Assembly (NCBI GenBank): GCA_963850305.1
Contig: CAWKKR010000008.1
Location: 1,696,001-1,760,000, forward strand
Source: an uncultured delta proteobacterium
GTDB lineage: Bacteria; Myxococcota_A; Polyangia; Polyangiales; Polyangiaceae
DNA: 64,000 nt
Direction: 5' to 3'
How positions within the stretch are numbered: the stretch's first letter is position 1; each line of letters opens with the position of its first letter. Position numbers and translations under genes: made by a program. Shown one piece after another: positions 56,950 to 64,000 of this stretch. The notes under the pieces were generated by a model. The model made no database searches. It was given only the letters and a program-made list of their open reading frames with translations, and was not told where the DNA came from.

Positions 56950-59900
56950 ATTCGAATCATCCCCTCGCCACGGTGCTCCGGAACCGCATCGCCATCCTCG
57001 ACGGCGCAATGGGGACGACCATCCGCTCGTACGGCATGACGGAGGCGGACATCCGCGGAGAGAGATTCGCATCGGCGCCGAAGGATCTGCTCAACAATGG
57101 GGATCTGTTCTCGCTCACGCAGCCGGCGATGATCGGGGACATCCACCGCCGGTTCCTGGAGGCCGGCGCCGACATCATCGAGACGAACACATTCAGCGCG
57201 ACGAGCATCGCTCAGAGCGAGTTCTTCGTGGAGGACCCGCGCGAGCGCGGCGGAAGAAAGGACCCCGAGTTCTTCCAGAGGATCGTCGAAGATCCGTTCC
57301 TGTCGGAGCTCGCGTGGGAGATCAACGAGCGGTCCGCGCGTCAGTGCCGGGAGTGGGCGGACCGCGTCGCGAATGCGGACTCGAGGCCGCGGTTCGTCGC
57401 GGGCGCGATAGGGCCGCTCACGGTGTCGCTCTCGAACTCGCCCGACGCTGAGGACGCGGGGTTCCGCGTCGTCACGTTCGACCAGGTGAAGACGGCTTAC
57501 GCCGAACAGGTGCGGGCGCTCATTGCCGGGGGCTGCGATCTGCTCCTCGTCGAGACGATCTTCGATTCTCTCAACGCCAAGGCGGCCCTCGTCGCGATCC
57601 GCGAGGTGCTGGACCGCGACGGCAAGGACCTCCCGATCATGGTCTCGGCGGCCGTCGGTCGCGGCGGAGAGACGATGATCTCGGCGCAGACCGTGGAAGC
57701 GTTCTGGAACGCCGTCGAGCACGCGAAGCCGCTGTCCGTGGGGCTCAACTGTTCGCTCGGTCCGGACCTGATGTATCCGTTCCTGTCGGAGCTCGCGACG
57801 AAGTCGAGCGCCGCGATTCTCATGTTACCCGAACGCGGGTCTGCCGAATCCGCTGTCGGCGACGGGGTTCGACCTCGGACCGAAGGACATGGCTCGATAC
57901 CTCCGCGAGTTCGCCGACGGAGGGCTCGTGAACATCGCCGGAGGCTGCTGCGGCAACACACCCGACCACATCGCGGCGATCGCGCGGGCGCTGGCGAACG
58001 TGCGTCCTCGCGAGCTGCCCTCGCCTGCGAGTGCCCAGGTCTCGTGGCCGCCGCGCCCTCTGCGGCTCTCCGGTTCCCAGCCGTTCACCCAGCAGCCGGG
58101 CGTCTACATGATGATCGGCGAGCGGACGAACGTCGCGGGTTCGCCGAAGTTCGCGAAGCTCATCAAGGACGACAAGTACGAGGAGGCCGTCAGCGTCGCT
58201 CGGCAGCAAGTCGAGAGCGGCGCGAACGTGATCGACATCTGCATGGACGAGGGGATGATCGACGGCGTGAAGGCGATGTCGCGCTTCCTGCATCTGCTGG
58301 CGAGCGAGCCGGAGGTCGCGAAGGTGCCGTTCATGGTGGACTCGTCGAAGTGGGAGGTGATCGAGGAGGGGCTCAAGTGTCTCCAGGGGAAGGGGATCGT
58401 GAACTCGATCTCGTTGAAGGAGGGTGAAGCGAAGTTCCGGGAGAACGCGAGGACGGTTCTGAAGTACGGCGCGGCCGTCGTCGTCATGGCGTTCGACGAA
58501 CGGGGACAGGCCGCGACCTACGAAGACAAGATCCGGATCTGCACGCGCGCTTACCGCATTCTCACGGAGGAGATCGGGTTTCCGGCGGAGGACATCATCT
58601 TCGATCCGAACGTGTTGACGGTCGCTACGGGGATGGAAGAACACAACAACTACGCGGTGGATTTCATCGAGGCGACGCGCTGGATCAAGGCGAACTTGCC
58701 GCACGCGAAGGTGAGCGGCGGGGTCTCGAACGTTTCCTTCAGCTTTCGCGGCAACAACCGCGTGCGTGAGGCGATCCACTCGGCGTTCCTCTATCACGCG
58801 ATCCGCGCCGGCATGGACATGGGCATCGTCAATGCCGGGATGCTCGAGGTCTACGAGGAGATCGAGCCCGGGCTGCGCGAACTCGTCGAGGACGTGCTCC
58901 TCAATCGACGTCCCGACGCGACGGAGCGTCTCGTCGATTTCGGCGAGAAGCTGAAGAGCGAATCGGCGGGCGCGGCGCCAGCCGAGAAGAAGGCGGAAGA
59001 GTGGCGTCAGGGCACCGTCGAGGCGCGCCTGTCTCACGCGCTCGTCAGGGGCATCGACGCGTTCATCGACGTCGACACGGAAGAGGCGCGGCAGAAACTC
59101 GGACGTCCGCTCGCGGTCATCGAGGGTCCCTTGATGGCCGGCATGGGCGTGGTCGGGGATCTTTTCGGCGCGGGAAAGATGTTCTTGCCCCAGGTGGTGA
59201 AGAGCGCACGCGTGATGAAGAAGGCCGTTGCGTATCTGATGCCGTTCATGGAGGCCGAGAAGGCAGCGCTCCTCGCGTCGGGCCAGACGGTGAAGACGCA
59301 GGGGAAGATCGTGCTCGCCACGGTGAAGGGCGACGTTCACGACATCGGCAAGAACATCGTCGGAGTCGTGCTCGCCTGCAACAACTACGAGGTGTTCGAT
59401 ATGGGCGTCATGGTCCCGTGTGAGAAGATCCTCGAACGCGCGAAGGCCGAGCGCGCCGATCTCATCGGGCTGAGTGGCCTCATCACGCCGTCGCTGGACG
59501 AGATGGCCCACGTCGCGCGCGAGATGGAGCGGCAGGGGTTCAAGGTGCCGCTCCTGATCGGCGGAGCGACGACCAGCAAGGCCCACACCGCGGTGAAGAT
59601 TGCCCCGCATTACAGCGAGCCGGTCGTGCACATCCTGGATGCGAGCCGCGCCGTCCCGGTGACGACGAGCTTGCTCAGCGACACCGGCCGCGACGCCTTC
59701 ATCGCGCAGCACACGGTCGAATACGAGCGCCTCCGGAAGACGCACGCCGCACCCAACTTCAAGCTCGTGTCGCTCGAGGAAGCGCGGAAGAACCGCACCC
59801 CGATCGTGTGGCGGGGCGAAGACATCGCCGTCCCCGAGTTCACGGGTGTCCGCGTGCTCCGCGACTTTCCGCTCTCCGAGCTGCGTCCGTTCATCGACTG

Positions 59901-60753
59901 GACGCCGTTCTTCCGCACCTGGCAGCTGAAGGGCTCGTACCCGCGCATCTTCGACGACGAGAAGTACGGAGAGCAGGCCCGACAGGTCTTCGCCGAAGCC
60001 AACGTGCTCCTCGACTCGATGATCGAGAAGAAGCGCATCACGGCGAACGGCGTCTACGGCATCTTCCCGGCGAACGCGGTCGGGGACGACGTGGAGCTCT
60101 ACACGGACGAGGGTCGCACCAAGCGGCTCGAGGTGTTTCATTTTCTGCGACAGCAACGAGAGAAGGGGAGCACCGAGCCGCACCGATCGCTCGGGGACTT
60201 CGTGGCGCCGAAGGAGACGGGTCTGCGCGACTACATCGGTGGGTTTGCCGTCACGACTGGAATCGGACTGAGGGAGCTCTGCGACGAGTTCCGGGCCGAT
60301 CACGACGACTACGGCGCCATCATGGCCGAGGCGATCGCCGATCGACTCGCTGAAGCGTTCGCCGAGGCGCTGCACAAGCGCGTTCGAGTCGAGTGGGGCT
60401 ACGGCCGCGCCGAGGACCTCACGAGCGAGGAGCTCATCCACGAGAAGTACCGTGGCATCCGACCCGCCGCGGGATATCCCGCCTGCCCGGATCACACGGA
60501 GAAAGGGACGCTCTGGAAACTCCTCGATGTGGAACGGAACACGGGGATGCTCCTCACCGAGTCGTACGCGATGTGGCCAGGGTCGAGCGTGAGCGGACTT
60601 TACTTCGCGCACCCCGAGTCACGGTACTTCTCGCTCGGAAAGATCGATCGGGACCAGGTCGCCGATTATCACGTGAGAAAGGGGCTTACCGTCGAAGAGA
60701 TCGAACGCTGGCTCGGTCCGAACCTGAACTACGAAGCGGGCTCCACCAACTAA
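56946..60753 (+). CDS. metH: Cobalamin-dependent methionine synthase; +1 frameshift at ~57817
   Basis: [53 protein letters not shown]; removing one T in GATTCT restores AAISCYPNAG. Confidence 0.96.
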
Positions 60754-60786
60754 CCAGGCTACGGAAGCGTGAAGCTCCGCGGGCCC

Positions 60787-60999
60787 TCAGCGTTCGATCG
60801 GGAGTTCCCTCGGGTGCGAGGCGGCCTTGGTCGCGCAGGCTTCGCATATGCAAACGCTGCCGCGCGCATCCTCGGGGATCGACTCGAGTGCCGTCTGGTC
60901 GAATTCGACGGAGAAACACCAGCACGTCGCCAGGCCCGCCGCCTGTCCGCAACCGTTCGGGGAGCCACAAAGGGGGCAGGATTTCGGGTCCAAAGTCAC
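60787..60999 (-). CDS. Cysteine-rich CWC family small protein
   Basis: CPLCGSPNGC..CWC..CICEAC. Confidence 0.8.
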   Translation of the reverse strand: MTLDPKSCPLCGSPNGCGQAAGLATCWCFSVEFDQTALESIPEDARGSVCICEACATKAASHPRELPIER

Positions 61000-61445
61000 T
61001 TCGGTGATGGTTTCACGCGACGGGACGCATCGCAACCGTTGGGACTCCGACGACTTGCGGCGGCCGGACCGGCCGATTTCTCGCCGTGCCCGACGTCGGC
61101 GGATGGAGACCTCGCTGCGCCGAGCCTCCGACAGTGGCGCCATTGCCCGCGGCAGATTCTGCGGAAACCGGCGAGCCGCCGCCCAAACTAAACATCCAAT
61201 ACCAGTTGCCGGGCTTGCATGTGACCTACGACGAGCGTAGTGGAAAGGGCCTTCCAGCTCTTGCCTGACCTCGATGATTTGCCGAGCTTTCGTGGGTTGG
61301 CGTCCGGTCGCCGCAGTCGGCCCCAGCGCGACTCTCTCGCCTTCGACAGCGGACGGCGGTCGCCACCGCGGCCGCGTGCCCCGGCGGAGCTCGAGGATCG
61401 GGGCTCGCCGCGCCAAAGACCGTGACCGTTAACGCCAATCCCCCA

Positions 61446-63389
61446 ATGCGTTCGCGCATCTTGAACTTGTGGACCCGCGGTCGGGGTTGGGTCACCACGG
61501 GACCGCGGTCGCTCCTGCCATTCCTGTTCGCGCAAGCGACTCCGCTCGATCTTCGGATCGTCGGGCGTACGCTGTTCCACGCGGCGCTCGTCGGCGCTCT
61601 CGCGGGTCTCGCGGGTGCGGCGTTCTTCGGCGGGCTCGAGGCCGTGCAGCGGTTTTTCCTGGAGGACCTTGCGGGTTACGCCCCGCTTCGCGCGTACGGG
61701 CAGTCGTTCTCCAGCTCGACGCCTCATGTCTTCCGGCCGTGGCTACTCTGTCTGTTGCCGGCGTTCGGCGGACTCGCCTGCGGGCTGCTGACGCGGCTGG
61801 CGCCGGAGACGCGTGGTGGCGGCGGCGACGCGATGATCCGCGCGTTTCATCACCAAGGCGGCGTCATCCGGAAGCGGGTGATCTCGATCAAGGCGGTCGC
61901 CTCGCTTTTCACCCTCGGCACGGGCGGCGCCGGCGGACGCGAAGGGCCGACCATGCAGATTGGCGGCGCACTGGGCTCGCTCGTCGCCGATCTGCTCGGC
62001 TTGAGCGTGCGGGAGCGCCGGTTATTGCTCGTCGCGGGCGTAGCTGCGGGTCTGTCCGCGATCTTTCGCACGCCCCTCGGCGCGGCGCTCCTCGCCGTCG
62101 AAGTGCTCTACGAGGATGGGTTCGAGTCTGACGCGCTCGTGCCCGCGGTGCTCGCGAGCGTGGTCTCCTATTCCGTCTTCATCTCGATCTATGGCGAGAA
62201 CACGCTCTTCACGCACGCGTCGCACTTCACTTTCATCGCCGGACATCTGCCGCTCTACGCGCTGCTCGCGATTTTCGAGGCCATCATTGCGGCTTCGTTC
62301 GTCAGCGTCCTGCACAACGTTCATCGCATCTTCCGCGGACTGCCACTGCCGCCGTGGGCGCGACCCGCGGCTGGCGGCCTCATCCTGGGGATCTTCTGCA
62401 CGACCCTCGTCCTGATCGTCGGCTCCAAGATGCACCGCGAGGGCGGCGCCCTTGGCTTGTTCGGCGGCGGTTACGGTGGTGTTCAGGTCGCGATCTCCGG
62501 CGCGGCGTGGCTTCCGGTGGGGTGGGCGGGCGTCGGTTTACTTCTGTTCCTGTCCATCGCGAAGGTCATGGCTGCGTCGATCACCATCGGGTCCGAGGGC
62601 AGCGCGGGGGACTTTGCGCCATCACTCGCGATCGGGGGGCTCCTCGGTGGCGCCTTCGGCCGCGCGATGGTCCTCCTGACTCACGACCCGCGCCTCGACC
62701 CCGGGGCGTTCGCGCTCGTGGGGATGGGTGCCTTCTACGGCGGTATCGCGCACGTACCGCTCAGCGCGCTCGTGCTCGTGTGCGAGATGGCCGGAAACTA
62801 CGACCTGCTCGTCCCACTGATGCTCACGCAGGGCATCGTGTTCGTCGCGCTCCGCAATCGCGCGCTCTACGACGCGCAGGTGCCGACGCAGGCGGATTCG
62901 CCGGTGCACCGCGATGCCCTGGTGAAGGACGTTCTTGCGTCGAAGCGGGTGGAGGAGTTGATGACCACGGGTCGTCCGTACATCGACTTCCGTCCGCAGA
63001 CTCCGGTCTCCGATATCCTTGCTCGCGCGGGCCAATCGACGTGGCAGGACGTTTTCCCCGTCACCGACGACGCCGGCAAGATGATCGGCCTCGTGAGCTC
63101 CGCGGTATTCCCCGTGCTCGTCATGGAGCGGGAGGGGGTCGGTTGGGTCGTCACCGCGGACGTGATGCAGCCGCCCGTGTTCGTCAAAGCACACGACGAT
63201 CTGCGCCGTGCGGCCGAGCTCCTCTTGCAGAACGGTCTCCGCGAAATCCCTGTCGTCGATGAGGCGGGCCGGATCGTCGGGTTCCTCGACGAAGCCGAGG
63301 TCGCGAAGGCTTATATCCGGGCCTCCGCCATATCCGAGCGCCCGCCGGATTCCGTGCCGGTGGACGCTACCGCCGAGAACGGCAAATAG
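61446..63389 (+). CDS. ClC-family chloride channel/antiporter with C-terminal CBS pair
   Basis: GREGP, IFRTPLGAALL..E, GDFAP, CBS domains (FPVTDDAG, IPVVDEAG). Confidence 0.93.
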   Translation: MRSRILNLWTRGRGWVTTGPRSLLPFLFAQATPLDLRIVGRTLFHAALVGALAGLAGAAFFGGLEAVQRFFLEDLAGYAPLRAYGQSFSSSTPHVFRPWLLCLLPAFGGLACGLLTRLAPETRGGGGDAMIRAFHHQGGVIRKRVISIKAVASLFTLGTGGAGGREGPTMQIGGALGSLVADLLGLSVRERRLLLVAGVAAGLSAIFRTPLGAALLAVEVLYEDGFESDALVPAVLASVVSYSVFISIYGENTLFTHASHFTFIAGHLPLYALLAIFEAIIAASFVSVLHNVHRIFRGLPLPPWARPAAGGLILGIFCTTLVLIVGSKMHREGGALGLFGGGYGGVQVAISGAAWLPVGWAGVGLLLFLSIAKVMAASITIGSEGSAGDFAPSLAIGGLLGGAFGRAMVLLTHDPRLDPGAFALVGMGAFYGGIAHVPLSALVLVCEMAGNYDLLVPLMLTQGIVFVALRNRALYDAQVPTQADSPVHRDALVKDVLASKRVEELMTTGRPYIDFRPQTPVSDILARAGQSTWQDVFPVTDDAGKMIGLVSSAVFPVLVMEREGVGWVVTADVMQPPVFVKAHDDLRRAAELLLQNGLREIPVVDEAGRIVGFLDEAEVAKAYIRASAISERPPDSVPVDATAENGK

Positions 63390-63408
63390 CGCCGCACGCG
63401 GAGGCCTT

Positions 63409-63951
63409 TCACGCGGCGTTCGCGACGTCGATGGTTCTGCCCAGGGCGGCCGCGAAGAGGCGGCGCGCTCGGAAGAGGCGGCTCATCACGGTTCCCGTGG
63501 GGACACCGAGCACGTCGGCTGCTTCGCGATAGGACAGCTCACGCAGATCGACGAGTTCGATCACCTCACGGGACTTCGTCGGAAGCGAGTGAAGCGCGGC
63601 GTGCATGCGATCGGATACGGACGATAACGTCGGCGGCGCGGCGGTTCTCGCGGTCAACGTGGGATCGCTGCCGAAGCGCTGGAGGGCCCGGCGCTCCCGC
63701 GTGCGGCGACGGCATCGGGAGATGAAGACGCTGTGGAGGATCTGGTTCATCCACGCGCGCAGATTCGTTCCGGGTCGAAACGTCGCCTCGAAGCGCAGGG
63801 CTCGAATGAACGTCTCCTGCAGGAGATCTTCGGCGTCGGGGCGGGAGCGCGTCAGCCGAAGAGCGCGGCCCTCGAGAGCGGGGATGAGCGCGGCGAACGA
63901 TTGGCGAAGCATCGCGGGATCGTCGTTCGAGTACGAAGCGAGCTGTTCCAT
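63409..63951 (-). CDS. ECF sigma-70 factor
   Basis: DAEDLLQETF, FRPGTNLRAW, LSYREAADVLGVPTGTVMSRLFRAR. Confidence 0.93.
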   Translation of the reverse strand: MEQLASYSNDDPAMLRQSFAALIPALEGRALRLTRSRPDAEDLLQETFIRALRFEATFRPGTNLRAWMNQILHSVFISRCRRRTRERRALQRFGSDPTLTARTAAPPTLSSVSDRMHAALHSLPTKSREVIELVDLRELSYREAADVLGVPTGTVMSRLFRARRLFAAALGRTIDVANAA

Positions 63952-64000
63952 GCGCGGGTCCCTCGCAAGTCGCGTGCCACGACCGGGCCCTCGATTTCAG

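Noticed and set aside
57820..60612. Long antisense and alternative-frame ORFs (also 7598-9199, 11160-12755, 37540-39432, 53407-55053)
   Set aside because: Shadow ORFs expected from high-GC codon bias opposite real genes; no recognisable motifs
56946..60753. metH as a true pseudogene or naturally split gene
   Set aside because: A single extra base breaks the conserved CYPNAG motif mid-domain with no other decay, so a sequencing error is more likely
61000..61420. Cobalamin riboswitch near metH/CWC gene
   Set aside because: Only GCCACTGT (minus strand, ~61131-61138) is present; I could not find the other conserved B12-box elements. An Infernal/Rfam search would settle it

Overview
GC-rich bacterial DNA whose gene content (Cys-rich Gly/Thr-linker lipoproteins, ECF sigma factors, Eps-type polysaccharide genes) points to a myxobacterium, probably Polyangiales (inference). 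In order: the 3' part of a nitrite-assimilation/molybdenum cofactor operon (nirB-nirD-moeA-mobA); a ~31 kb Wzx/Wzy-type exopolysaccharide locus (5556-36473: GT2/GT4/WecB glycosyltransferases, ugd plus UDP-glucuronate decarboxylase, flippase, polymerase, two Wzc-like proteins, a stand-alone BY-kinase-like protein, GH44, two acyltransferases) with an embedded single-module type I PKS of unusual order KS-AT-KR-DH-ACP-TE; hbd, an RND pump, DAHP synthase, an ECF sigma/anti-sigma pair and a membrane-anchored OtsA; a repeat-rich accessory patch (47.6-50.1 kb) with four in-frame 78-bp palindromic repeats inside a CDS, a 14-unit 22-bp tandem array (also present as a mini-array at ~4.15 kb), an uncharacterised gene and two decayed toxin-antitoxin modules; three Cys-rich lipoproteins; an acyl-CoA synthetase, a SahR-type regulator with metH, a ClC-CBS transporter and a second ECF sigma. 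Three clear single-base frameshifts, plus a fourth possible one, all map to GATC sites and are probably sequencing errors. No rRNA, tRNA, CRISPR array or intact transposase/integrase was recognised. No database searches were run; family calls come from motif recognition.
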